Source of the DNA: Macrostomum lignano
Lineage: Eukaryota
Length of the DNA: 64,000 bases
Assembly: GCA_002269645.1 (NCBI GenBank)
Contig: NIVC01002950.1
Coordinates: 62,001 to 126,000, forward strand
Direction: 5' to 3'
Both the position numbers and the translations under genes were made by a program. Positions 47,428 through 59,206 of the stretch are shown here, piece by piece (the first letter of the stretch is position 1; every line of letters starts with the position of its first letter). Below the pieces are notes generated by a model, which was not told where the DNA came from, did no database searches, and was given only the letters and a program-made list of their open reading frames with translations.

Positions 47428-48835
47428 TGATTGGCCAGCATTAAACAATCATTCCAGATGTTTATTTTTAGCTCAGAATCCAGTGACCTTCGCAGCATCC
47501 CCCTCCTCGAACCCATTGCTTATCGCTGATTGGCCAGCATGAAACAATCATTCCAGATGGTTTATTTTTAGCTCAGAATCCAGTGACCTTCGCAGCATCC
47601 CCCTCCTCGAACCCATTGCTTATCGCTGATTGGCCAGCATGAAACAATCATTCCAGATGGTTTATTTTTAGCTCAGAATCCAGTGACCTTCGCAGCATCC
47701 CCCTCCTCGAACCCATTGCTTATCGCTGATTGGCCAGTATGAAACAATCATTCCAGATGGTTTATTTTTAGCTCAGAATCCAGTGACCTTCGCAGCATCC
47801 CCCTCCTCGAACCCATTGCTTATCGCTGATTGGCCAGCATGAAACAATCATTCCAGATGGTTTATTTTTAGCTCAGAATCCAGTGACCTTCGCAGCATCC
47901 CCCTCCTCGAACCCATTGCTTATCGCTGATTGGCCAGCATGAAACAATCATTCCAGATGGTTTATTTTTAGCTCAGAATCCAGTGACCTTCGCAGCATCC
48001 CCCTCCTCGAACCCATTGCTTATCGCTGATTGGCCAGCATGAAACAATCATTCCAGATGGTTTATTTTTAGCTCAGAATCCAGTGACCTTCGCAGCATCC
48101 CCCTCCTCGAACCCATTGCTTATCGCTGATTGGCCAGCATGAAACAATCATTCCAGATGGTTTATTTTTAGCTCAGAATCCAGTGACCTTCGCAGCATCC
48201 CCCTCCTCGAACCTATTGCTTATCGCTGATTGGCCAGCATGAAACAATCATTCCAGATGGTTTATTTTTAGCTCAGAATCCAGTGACCTTCGCAGCATCC
48301 CCCTCCTCGAACCCATTGCTTATCGCTGATTGGCCAGCATGAAACAATCATTCCAGATGGTTTATTTTTAGCTCAGAATCCAGTGACCTTCGCAGCATCC
48401 CCCTCCTCGAACCCATTGCTTATCGCTGATTGGCCAGCATGAAACAATCATTCCAGATGGTTTATTTTTAGCTCAGAATCCAGTGACCTTCGCAGCATCC
48501 CCCTCCTCGAACCTATTGCTTATCGCTGATTGGCCAGCATGAAACAATCATTCCAGATGGTTTATTTTTAGCTCAGAATCCAGTGACCTTCGCAGCATCC
48601 CCCTCCTCGAACCCATTGCTTATCGCTGATTGGCCAGCATGAAACAATCATTCCAGATGGTTTATTTTTAGCTCAGAATCCAGTGACCTTCGCAGCATCC
48701 CCCTCCTCGAACCCATTGCTTATCGCTGATTGGCCTGCATGAAACAATCATTCCAGATGGTTTATTTTTAGCTCAGAATCCAGTGACCTTCGCAGCATCC
48801 CCCTCCTTGAACCCATTGCTTATCTCTCATTGGCC
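47428..48835. repeat. Exactly 100-bp tandem repeat, about 14 near-identical copies
   Basis: GCTCAGAATCC at 47471, 47571, 47671 and onward. Confidence 0.97.
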
Positions 48836-48902
48836 AGCACAGGAAGAGATTTTCCGCAAGCAGCTAGTCAGAAGGGATTTCCCTCAGCGTGATATTTTTA
48901 GC

Positions 48903-49574
48903 TTAAAATCTCGTAATCTTCGCCGCAGCGGCCGCTGTGCCGTCCGTGACGTATCGAAGCTCGTCCGGGCGCTGATTCAAGCGGAACAGACGAATCGCAG
49001 CCTTCTTGAAAGTGGGCATAAAGCAGAAATAAATCACCGGATTCACAAGCATATTTAGGCTGACAAGAATTAAGCTGACATTGTAGAACAGGCCTTTCTG
49101 ATCAAAGTTGAACAGGTGGAACATGTGCAGCAGGTAGCAGATCTGGTTGGTGCTGAAGCACAACACGTAGGCAACTCCAGCGATGGCGAAGGTTTTGATC
49201 AGCACTCTGGAAGCGGCCAGCTTGCGTCGCTGACTCGCCTCCGCTACGGTGCGATCTCTGCGTCGCAGACTGCGGATCATTGCGGCGTGGCACAGCGTCA
49301 TGTTCACCAGCGGCAGGCCGAAGGTGATGAGGAAATTCTGCAGCCCGAACAGATTCGACAGCCAATTGGGAATCGCGCGGTTGTAGACGCAGCAGCTTCG
49401 AGTGGACGGGTCGGCGTCCAATCCGCGTGTGACGTCCATGAACACGCGCCAGTCGTGTAGGCAGCTGTACACCCAGACTGAGCAGCAAGCGACACGCAAC
49501 TTTTGACGACTGCGCGACACCAAGGGATGGACGAGAGCGAGGAATCTCTCGACAGTGATGACCTGCAGGTTCAG
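48903..49574 (-). CDS. Rhodopsin-class peptide-like GPCR, exon 2 (TM3-TM7)
   Basis: cccaccag|CTG, phase 0; LNLQVITVERFLALVHPL (ERF) and LNMLVNPVIYFCFMPTFKK (NPxxY). Confidence 0.88.
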   Translation of the reverse strand: MNLQVITVERFLALVHPLVSRSRQKLRVACCSVWVYSCLHDWRVFMDVTRGLDADPSTRSCCVYNRAIPNWLSNLFGLQNFLITFGLPLVNMTLCHAAMIRSLRRRDRTVAEASQRRKLAASRVLIKTFAIAGVAYVLCFSTNQICYLLHMFHLFNFDQKGLFYNVSLILVSLNMLVNPVIYFCFMPTFKKAAIRLFRLNQRPDELRYVTDGTAAAAAKITRF

Positions 49575-49700
49575 CTGGTGGGATGGAAAGGGGGCTTTGT
49601 CAACGGTTTTTCAGCTTCAAATTATTATTTTAGTTTGCCATCATTTTGCTTTTTAGCTCACGTTTCTAAATATTAGAAAGTTACTAAACTTCTTACAGTA

Positions 49701-49830
49701 TGTCAGGTTTAGTTTCTAGACTTAAATATTCGGTTTAGTCTCCAAACTTCTAGGTCAGGTTTTAGTTTCTAAATTTCAACAATAGGTCAGGTTTAGTTTC
49801 TTATAACTTCTAGGTCAGGTTAGTTTCCAA
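49701..49830. repeat. Short degenerate repeat (TAGGTCAGGTTTAGTTTC), about 4 copies, next to the GPCR donor
   Basis: Direct reading. Confidence 0.7.
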
Positions 49831-49842
49831 GGTTTCCCTCAC

Positions 49843-50223
49843 CGTGCTGCAGATGACCAGCACCCAGATGACGTACTCGCTGAACCAGACTCGGCACAAC
49901 AAGTCGCCTGCAAAGCTGGCGGGCACGTGTCTCGGAGCGTCGAGTGTCGCCCACTTGGCCCCCATAGTCAGACAGGCAAGCAGGTCGATGGCTGACTGAT
50001 TTATGACCAGCAGTCTGGGATTCCGACTTATAATCCGTCGATTCTGGCCGAAAATAGCCAGCACCATTGTGTTGGCGGCGGTGCCAAGAATGGCTACAAT
50101 TAGAAATATCCAAGGAATGAACTGAATGATGATTTCAGCGACTCCGTCAGAGTCAGCATTGGCCCTGGCTAAGCTGTGGTCCGGTAGGCAGGCTGGTCTC
50201 ATTGATTCCGTGCTGTTCTGCAT
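49843..50223 (-). CDS. Rhodopsin-class peptide-like GPCR, exon 1; about 350 aa in total
   Basis: ATG at 50223 (MQNST sequon); ILGTAANTMVL, INQSAIDLLAC, DLLCRVW; donor ACG|gtgagg, phase 0. Confidence 0.88.
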
Positions 50224-50263
50224 CAGAGCAGCTGAGCGACTCTTTTTGGCCTGAGGTGCAAAT

Positions 50264-50636
50264 TGTCGTTTGGTTAGGGTTGTTGTTTGGTTAGGGTTGT
50301 AGTTTCGTTAGGGTTGTGGTTTCGTTAGGGTTGTGGTTTGGTTAGGGTTGTAGTTTCGTTAGGGTTGTGGTTTGGTTAGGGTTGTGGTTTGGTTAGGGTT
50401 GTAGTTTCGTTAGGGTTGTGGTTTCGTTAGGGTTGTGGTTTGGTTAGGGTTGTAGTTTCGTTAGGGTTGTGGTTTGGTTAGGGTTGTAGTTTGGTTAGGG
50501 TTGTGGTTTGGTTAGGGTTGTAGTTTCGTTAGGGTTGTAGTTTGGTTAGGGTGTGGTTTGGTTAGGGTTGTGGTTTGGTTAGGGTTGTGGTTTGGTTAGG
50601 GTTGTAGTTTGGTTAGGTTGTGGTTTGGTTAGGGTT
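50264..50636. repeat. 17-bp minisatellite containing TTAGGG (GGTTTGGTTAGGGTTGT), about 22 copies
   Basis: TTAGGG at 50274, 50291 and onward. Confidence 0.95.
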
Positions 50637-51768
50637 CAGTTATAAAATAATCACCTATTTAAATATAAAATATTAATTGGGAAATCGTTAAAATAACTAG
50701 AAAGGCCATAGGATATCTGATATCTTAGTCTAATCTTTAGGCCAATATCTTGGTACGACTCTAATCTCGTTTATGAAATAGTGGTTAAATATTTATTTAT
50801 GAATCTAATCAAGTCAAATCTATTTCATCGGCTGTCTAGGCCGCATCGCATATGAAGTCGTAATTAACAACTAGGATTTATAAAAAAAGAGCTGGTAAGA
50901 AACTTACCTACGTGAGTTTTTAATAAAAGCGTTTCAACACGTAAACTATAGCTGGCTTTATTTTACCTTACAAAAGAAGAAGCATTTCTTTTGTAGCCCT
51001 GCGATTTTCTCATCCAATCGCAGGCAATTTTGAACTTGTCGCCTGCTTATTGGCTCGAAAAAGCACTCGATCAGTACACTAGTTTATTGTTACTAACTTA
51101 TTCTAACACCTTTGAGCAAGGCTTATAAATTATAAATTAAATTATAAATATAAATAAATATTCAAAGAAGGATTGTGGCCACTGTGATGCAATGTCTTGG
51201 GAGACGTCGTTTCACGACACAGCGCTAGCGGCAATTCTGCCCATTCTTTGTTTTTCGTGTAAACCATGAAGTATACTAATACCAAAGTATTAATATGACA
51301 AGCAATATTTTCGCATTTCTACTGTCAGTAAACTGTTTCCGACACTTCTTGAGAGTTTGGTTTGGAAAAGTTACCAAAAGTATCTGTTGAGTACATTTAT
51401 TTTAGTGTCTGAAATTATAATTTACGAGCTAAAAGCAGCGAGAGGAGAAAATTTATAGATGTCGAATATTTAAAATAATAATTATTAAAGTAAAATATTA
51501 AATAATTCAATTTTGAAGCAAATATTAATGCTCCTAAATACAATATCTGTTTAAGAATATGCTGAAACACGCACACGTTTACTTTCGTAAGTGAAAGTAA
51601 ATTCCTTCATCGAGTGTCATTTAAAGTACACTTCCTAAGGAACCGTTTCCTTAGTTTCTGCTCCTCTGTTTAAATGTAGTACTATCAAGAACGCCATTGT
51701 CTGTGCCAGGGAAAATCTTAGACTATATTTGAAGGCCTATATTCTTGTTTATCAAAATCTCCAAGACT

Positions 51769-52354
51769 TTAAGCCGGCCGATCGACCGCCCGCTCACGGC
51801 CCCTCACCCGCTGTCGCAGGCAGGCCAAGTAGAGGAACTCGACAATCTCCACAAAGAAGGCCATGGTGAGCCCCAGATACAGCGAGCACAGGCCGCCAAC
51901 ACGACTCATCAAAGCTTCGAACGTGACCGTGAGCTTCTCTTCTCGTTTCAATGTGTCGAAACTTTTTCGCCGAACTACCACGTAGGCGTAGGTGTCCTCG
52001 GCTGAGTCGGTGAGAGTTGCCTGCTGCTGCCGCTCCTGCTGCTGGTACGAGACCGGCAGGCGGGTCAAGTTGTCCGCTCCCAGGTAGTCGAGAATATTGC
52101 GCAACAGGTGTCGCTTCTCCGACTCGTTGTTGACCTCGCGTAGCCGTTTCCAACTGTCGGACTGATGCAGCATCCAGTGCAGTTGGTAGCTGCTGGCCCG
52201 CCAGCGGGTGATTGACAGCTCCTGATCATAGCTGTACCGAGTGCAGCGCTTGCGACATTGGGAATCGTCTGCTACTGCTGCTGCTGCTGCTGCTGCTGCT
52301 GGCTGCGGCATCTTGGACTGGTGCTCGCCAATCTCTTCCAGACAGCGCAAACGG
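51769..52354 (-). CDS. DEG/ENaC (ASIC/FaNaC superfamily) channel subunit, last exon with TM2
   Basis: ttttcaag|C, phase 2; QCRKRCTRYSYD; EALMSRVGGLCSLYLGLTMAFFVEIVEFLY corresponds to the GDIGG..LF.GAS...VE TM2 segment. Confidence 0.9.
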
Positions 52355-52464
52355 CTTGAAAACAGAAATTTAAATTTTACGTGTTGCTTTATTTTATACT
52401 GCTTAGCACTGCTATCGTACTGTAAGTAGACTATTCAACTAAAGCAAAGTTCTCTAAGTACTTG

Positions 52465-54117
52465 AAGTAGACAGCTCTAACCTACCTCAGTTCTGTAGGT
52501 AGACAGCTCTAACCTACATCAGTTCTGTAAGTAGACAGCTCTAACCTACATCAGTTCTGTAAGTAGACAGTTCTAACCTACATCGGTTCTGTAAGTAGAC
52601 AGTTCTAACCTACATCGGTTCTGTAAGTAGACAGTTCTAACCTACATCGGTTCTGTAAGTAGACAGCTCTACCCTACATCAGTTCTGTAAGTAGATAGTT
52701 CTAACCTACATCGGTTCTGTAAGTAGACAGTTCTAACCTACATCGGTTCTGTAAGTAGACAGCTCTAACCTACATCGGTTCTGTAAGTAGACAGCTCTAA
52801 CCTACATCGGTTCTGTAAGTAGACAGCTCTAACCTACATCGGTTCTGTAAGTAGACAGCTCTAACCTACATCGGTTCTGTAAGTAGACAGCTCTAACCTA
52901 CATCGGTTCTGTAAGTAGACAGTTCTAACCTACATCGGTTCTGTAAGTAGACAGCTCTAACCTACATCGGTTCTGTAAGTAGACAGTTCTAACCTACATC
53001 GGTTCTGTAAGTAGACAGTTCTAACCTACATCGGTTCTGTAAGTAGACAGTTCTAACCTACATCGGTTCTGTAAGTAGACAGTTCTAACCTACATCGGTT
53101 CTGTAAGTAGACAGCTCTAACCTACATCGGTTCTGTAAGTAGACAGTTCTAACCTACATCGGTTCTGTAAGTAGACAGTTCTAACCTACATCGGTTCTGT
53201 AAGTAGACAGTTCTAACCTACATCGGTTCTGTAAGTAGACAGTTCTAACCTACATCGGTTCTGTAAGTAGACAGTTCTAACCTACATCGGTTCTGTAAGT
53301 AGACAGTTCTAACCTACATCAGTTCTGTAAGTAGACAGTTCTAACCTACATCGGTTCTGTAAGTAGACAGTTCTAACCTACATCGGTTCTGTAAGTAGAC
53401 AGTTCTAACCTACATCGGTTCTGTAAGTAGACAGCTCTAACCTACATCGGTTCTGTAAGTAGACAGCTCTAACCTACATCGGTTCTGTAAGTAGACAGCT
53501 CTAACCTACATCGGTTCTGTAAGTAGACAGCTCTAACCTACATCGGTTCTGTAAGTAGACAGCTCTAACCTACCTCAGTTCTGTAAGTAGACAGCTCTAA
53601 CCTACATCGGTTCTGTAAGTAGACAGCTCTAACCTACATCGGTTCTGTAAGTAGACAGCTCTAACCTACCTCAGTTCTGTAAGTAGACAGCTCTAACCTA
53701 CATCGGTTCTGTAAGTAGACAGCTCTAACCTACATCGGTTCTGTAAGTAGACAGCTCTAACCTACATCGGTTCTGTAAGTAGACAGCTCTAACCTACATC
53801 GGTTCTGTAAGTAGACAGCTCTAACCTACCTCAGTTCTGTAAGTAGACAGCTCTAACCTACATCGGTTCTGTAAGTAGACAGCTCTACCCTACCTCAGTT
53901 CTGTAAGTAGACAGCTCTACCCTACCTCAGTTCTGTAAGTAGACAGCTCTACCCTACCTCAGTTCTGTAAGTAGACAGCTCTACCCTACCTCAGTTCTGT
54001 AAGTAGACAGCTCTACCCTACATCGGTTCTGTAAGTAGACAGCTCTACCCTACCTCAGTTCTGTAAGTAGACAGCTCTACCCTACCTCAGTTCTGTAAGT
54101 AGACAGCTCTAACCTAC
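52465..54117. repeat. 32-bp minisatellite (GTAAGTAGACAGCTCTAACCTACATCGGTTCT), about 51 copies
   Basis: Direct reading. Confidence 0.97.
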
Positions 54118-54375
54118 GACGGTTACTTTCAAGTACACATTCTGTTTATTCAGCTGACTCTCCCACTGTACGCTGGCACACACCACAGATACTAAATACC
54201 TGTTTTTTCTGGAGGACATTTTTAGTCAGAATATTATTCGACCGATTTTTACATGGATGGGATAGCGACTAAAATTGGCAATCACGAGTGCAATCTCCTT
54301 TTCACCATAGCTGTCCATAATTGAAACAGTTTTAAAGAAACCTCTTGTTTTCAGCCTAAAGAAACCGGCGCTCAC

Positions 54376-54652
54376 CTCTCAATGATGGAGATATTGCTAG
54401 TGCGAAAGTCTCCGCAGTAAGGTATCTGGTTGCTGGGCAGCCCTGCCGGACGGGGAAACCTTGACAACAGGCATTGGCACTTGGCAATGAACAGTTTGTT
54501 CATGTGGGCCTCCTTGCACGCCTGGTAGGAATAACGGTATCGATTTTGCAGGTCCTCGATCGCTGGTCTCCACCCGTCATGGCAACGGTCCATTGGTGAG
54601 TCCTGGGTCTCCTTCCACAGCACCGTGTCGAATGCGATTTCCACCATTTTGC
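54376..54652 (-). CDS. DEG/ENaC subunit, exon 3 (Cys-rich thumb region)
   Basis: ttccag|GC (phase 1) to AG|gtgagc (phase 2); YRYSYQAC..CQC..YC pattern. Confidence 0.88.
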
Positions 54653-54675
54653 CTGGAATGGTTTGGGATTTCATT

Positions 54676-55265
54676 AGCTGTGGGATTTCTGTAGCTATGG
54701 GATTTCTGTAACTGTGGGATTTCTGTAGCTATGGATTTCTGTAACTGTGGGATTTCTGTAGCTTTGGGATTTCTGTAGCTGTGGGATTTCTGTAGCTGTG
54801 GGATTTCTGTAGCTATGGGATTTCTGTAACTGTGGGATTTCTGTAACTATGGGACTTCTGTAACTGTGGGATTTCTGTAGCTATGGATTTCTGTAACTGT
54901 GGGATTTCTGTAGCTGTGGATTTCTGTAGCTATGGGATTTCTGTAACTGTGGGATTTCTGTAGCTGTGGATTTCTGTAGCTATGGGATTTCTGTAACTGT
55001 GGGATTTCTGTAGCTGTGGGATTTCTGTAGCTGTGGGATTTCTGTAGCTGTGGGATTTCTTTAGCTATGGGATTTCTGTAGCTGTGGGATTTCTGTAGCT
55101 ATGGGACTTCTGTAGCTGTGGGATTTCTGTAGCTATGGATTTCTGTAGCTGTGGGATTTCTGTAGCTATGGATTTCTGTAGCTGTGGGATTTCTGTAGCT
55201 ATGGATTTCTGTAGCTGTGGGATCTCTGTATTTATGGATTTCTGTAGTTTTGGAATCTCTGTAGC
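54676..55265. repeat. 17-bp minisatellite (GCTGTGGGATTTCTGTA), about 35 copies
   Basis: Direct reading; about 20 bp from the exon 3 acceptor. Confidence 0.95.
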
Positions 55266-55739
55266 TATTGGATTTCTAATTGGGAAATTCGCATGAAGGA
55301 AGGTAGTATTTTGTGTTTAATATCCGTAGAAATTTTCGATCAAACAACGGCTCATTTTGCAGGCAGCCATATGAAAAACTAGCAATTGCAATTTTCATTA
55401 CAATTTACGCTACTCCTTAATTGCTTGAAGCTGAAACCTCAATCAAGGTTTGATTGAGGAGTGGCAGTGGCACGGGGGTCTGACGCAGAAAGGCCAATTA
55501 AGTAAATTGAATGCAAAATCGGCAGTGCAGTCTGCATCAATTTTTGGAATGGGATATTTATGGGAGAGCCTTCTGACAGCTCTAGATGCTTCAGTTAGCC
55601 ATCACTGTGCTTCAGTCTTGTGCAAAATACCTTCTGCTTATTATTTATAGCTTTCAGATTTCCTGATTGAGGACTTACAATTGTCTAGTTTGATTTGAGA
55701 ATCCAACTGCTCTCTGTGGGATCTTATTGTCATTTGTGA

Positions 55740-55935
55740 GATTCGTGTGGGATCTCACAATCCTATGAGAGATTAATGTGGGATCTCACAATCCTATGAG
55801 AAATTCGTGTGGGATCTCAAAATCCTATGAGAGATTCGTGTGGGATCTCACAATCCTATGAGAGATTCGTGTGGGATCTCAAAATCCTATGAGAGATTTG
55901 TGTGGGATCTCAAAATCCTATGAGAGGTTCATGTG
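55740..55935. repeat. 31-bp minisatellite, about 6 copies, with near-palindrome GTGGGATCTCAC
   Basis: TGGGATCT at 55748, 55779 and onward. Confidence 0.9.
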
Positions 55936-56249
55936 GAGTTTCTTGATTCTTTTTAGAGAGAGCCATGTGTGATACAAGATTTTCGGTTGGAATGTCTTAA
56001 AATATGTCCTTGGCTAAATTCTCATTGCTCTCCACGTGTGATCTACATTTAGTTTTAGAATGGAGAAAATTCAAATACAATTGTAATTTGCATGAAAGCG
56101 AGATTAGCCCGAAGAAACGGTCTTAGGGTATCTTTAGGGCAGTGGGTTGCTAGCTGATTCCGAGCGGAAAAGTCTTGCTCAAAGGCTGTGTCAAAAAACT
56201 GCGCTCATAGTTTTTGTTCCTCTAATAGTATTAGAAGTCTAATAGTCTA

Positions 56250-57355
56250 ATCTCCTTCTCAGGCTCCTTCTCATGCTCCTTCTTAGGCTCCTTCTCATGC
56301 TCCTTCTCATGCTCCTTCTCATGCTCCTTCCCAGGCTCCTTCTCAGGCTCCTTCCCAGGCTCCTTCTCATGCTCCTTCTTAGGCTCCTTCTCATGCTCCT
56401 TCTCATGCTCCTTCTCATGCTCCTTCCCAGGCTCCTTCTCAGGCTCCTTCCCAGGCTCCTTCTCAGGTTCCTTCTCAGGCTCCTTCTCAGGCTCCTTCTC
56501 AGGCTCCTTCTCAGGCTCCTTCTCAGGCTCCTTCTCAGGCTCCTTCTCAGGTTCCTTCTCAGGCTCCTTCTCAGGCTCCTTCTCAGGCTCCTTCTCAGGC
56601 TCCTTCTCAGGCTCCTTCTCAGGCTCCTTCTCAGGCTCCTTCTCAGGCTCCTTCTCAGGCTCCTTCTCAGGCTCCTTCTCAGGCTCCTTCTCAGGCTCCT
56701 TCTCAGGCTCCTTCTCAGGTTCCTTCTCAGGTTCCTTCTCAGGCTCCTTCTCAGGCTCCTTCTCAGGCTCCTTCTCAGGCTCCTTCTCAGGCTCCTTCTC
56801 AGGCTCCTTCTCAGGCTCCTTCTCAGGTTCCTTCTCAGGCTCCTTCTCAGGTTCCTTCTCAGGCTCCTTCTCAGGTTCCTTCTCAGGCTTTTTCTCAGGC
56901 TCCTTCTCAGGCTCCTTCTCAGGCTCCTTCTCAGGTTCCTTCTCAGGCTCCTTCTCAGGTTCCTTCTCAGGCTCCTTCTCAGGCTCCTTCTCAGGCTCCT
57001 TCTCAGGCTCCTTCTCAGGCTCCTTCTCAGGCTCCTTCTCAGGCTCCTTCTCAGGCTCCTTCTCAGGCTCCTTCTCAGGCTCCTTCTCAGGCTCCTTCTC
57101 AGGTTCCTTCTCAGGCTCCTTCTCAGGCTCCTTCTCAGGTTCCTTCTCAGGCTCCTTCTCAGGTTCCTTCTCAGGCTTTTTCTCAGGCTCCTTCTCAGGT
57201 TCCTTCTCAGGTTCCTTCTCAGGCTCCTTCTCATGCTCCTTCTCATGCTCCTTTTCAGGTTCCTTTTCAGGTTCCTTTTCAGGCTCCTTCTCATGCTCTT
57301 TCTCATCATTCTCAGGCTACTTCTCATGCTCTTTCTCATCATTTTCAGGCTACTT
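56250..57355. repeat. 12-bp minisatellite (CTCAGGCTCCTT), about 90 copies
   Basis: Direct reading; gives the SLRR and LLRL artefact ORFs. Confidence 0.96.
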
Positions 57356-57915
57356 TTAACTCCAGGCACGGTGTATGTAAATGTATGTAGAGTCTAAAAG
57401 TGCCAAAAGTCTTCTAAGTCAAAGAGACCACAGACTCAGTTCGTACTCGATCAAATATCAAGTGCGATATTGATTTCAGATTAAAGTGCAAATTCGATCA
57501 ATTCTCAATTTCACGAATTCGTCTGGATTGGGGTTTCTAAAAATACGGTAGGGTCAGTTAAACTCAATTTATGCTGCATGTGCATAATTCAGCTCTTTAA
57601 CAGCACCCTAAATCGGTGTGAAGGTTTTCTCAACCAAGGACATAGTTAGCTATGAGCTTATTTTGTAGACTGGAAACTTTTTGTCGCTCTGTACATCCAG
57701 CCATTCGGTTTTATGCGTATTTCATGGACGCAGCTAGACGCATTGATATACTCGTAGATAAGACAGCCAAGCAGACACCCACTAAATCTAAATCCTATGG
57801 GAATTAAATGGAATGAGAACGCGTCCAAAACTTCGTGACTTCAAAACTTCGGAGAAAGAATGGGGATCTTACGTCAGTCTTCGAAGCCTCTATGAGGCTC
57901 TTCCATCGGATTCAC

Positions 57916-58297
57916 CTGGCTCAATATGCACTCCAGCATTCTCAATACCGGGATAGAGGTTCGCCTCGTGTAGCAGCAGGCGCAGCCCGTAGGCCTGGTC
58001 GAACACGTCCATCACGAAGGCCTGCTCCCAGGGGTGCTGTCGCGAGTTCGAACCCAGATTCACAATGAGATACACAGCCGACATTGCTTGCGACTTGTCC
58101 GCCTGCGTCGGCTTAACCGTGTAGCAGTTGAAGTACTTCGGGTGCGAGACCAGCTGAAAGGTTAGTTGGCATTCGCTGGCTTTGCCAACCATCACATAGT
58201 TGCCGATGGCGATCATGCAGTGAAGGAGGAACTCGTCCACACTGTGACCCATGGACACGGTCACGTTTGGGTCCAGATTCTGATAATAGGTGTTCAC
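57916..58297 (-). CDS. DEG/ENaC subunit, exon 2
   Basis: ttttcgcag|GTG (phase 0) to G|gtgaa (phase 1); GHSVDEFLLHC, HPKYFNCYT, YGLRLLLHE..IEPG. Confidence 0.9.
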
Positions 58298-58923
58298 CTG
58301 CGAAAATGAAAATAATATAAAAATATACTCCAGCTAAGCTCATGTTTATATAAAATATGTCGAAGGCATTACGTCAGGGTTCCTAGTCCTGCCATTATTA
58401 TAATTGCTGTAATTGCTGTCTGAGGTTACACCAGGTCATGCAGCGTCTTTTTTAGAGGCTTTCCGACACAAATAATAAATAAAGGTAGTGCTGATTGTTT
58501 CAATTAAAGAAAAGGTTTTGCTGGTGGTTGAAAACTGAAACAAGACAGTTTAAGTAGTTTCCTGGGTAGCAGTTGCCTCTGGGGGGGGGGGGGGGGCTCC
58601 AGTTGGCATTAAAAATTAAACAAGTCGGTTATAAAAGCAAGTTATAAAACAGAGATTTTAGCCGATAAATTTGTTAATTCTACAGATGCGTTCTACTGTG
58701 TACAAAACTGTCTCGGTTGTATTGTAACACAACTATATCTGTATGTCCGCAGACAGTCCGAGCTCTTGCCAAAATGCTCTCGATCTCTCTCTATCCTCTA
58801 TAAACACTCGCCCTCATGCCGAAAATGTTTGATTGGTAGCTTTTTTAAACTAAAACTTTTTTCTCGCCTTATGGTAAGTCCTATTGTCATTCTGCAATAG
58901 CTATCGAGAACAAACACTTCTTT

Positions 58924-59145
58924 AAACACTACCAATCGTTGTGAAGCAGTCACAGAACATTGAAAAACACTACCAATCGTTGTGAAGCAGTCACAGAACA
59001 TTGAAAAACACTACCAATCGTTGTGAAGCAGTCACAGAACATTGAAAAACACTACCAATCGTTGTGAAGCAGTCACAGAACATTGAAAAACACTACCAAT
59101 CGTTGTGAAGCAGTCACAGAACATTGAAAAACACTACCAATCGTT
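58924..59145. repeat. 41-bp tandem repeat, about 5 copies
   Basis: ACCAATCG at 58931, 58972 and onward. Confidence 0.92.
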
Positions 59146-59206
59146 CCGAAAAAGTCATATCTGAGCGTAAAATCTGCGACAGGCCACCCTTCATCCAAAA
59201 CCGAAC

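Noticed and set aside
36578-48835. CRISPR-like reading of the 44-, 52- and 100-bp arrays
   Set aside because: Units are contiguous with no unique spacers, there are no cas genes, and the context is eukaryotic.
56239-57397. SLRR, LLRL and possible EKEP repeat proteins
   Set aside because: 12-bp array in a channel intron; the EKEP frame has two TAG stops near its start and variants are not consistently synonymous in any frame.
58581-58596. G16 homopolymer
   Set aside because: Isolated run with no supporting context; length is unreliable in assemblies.
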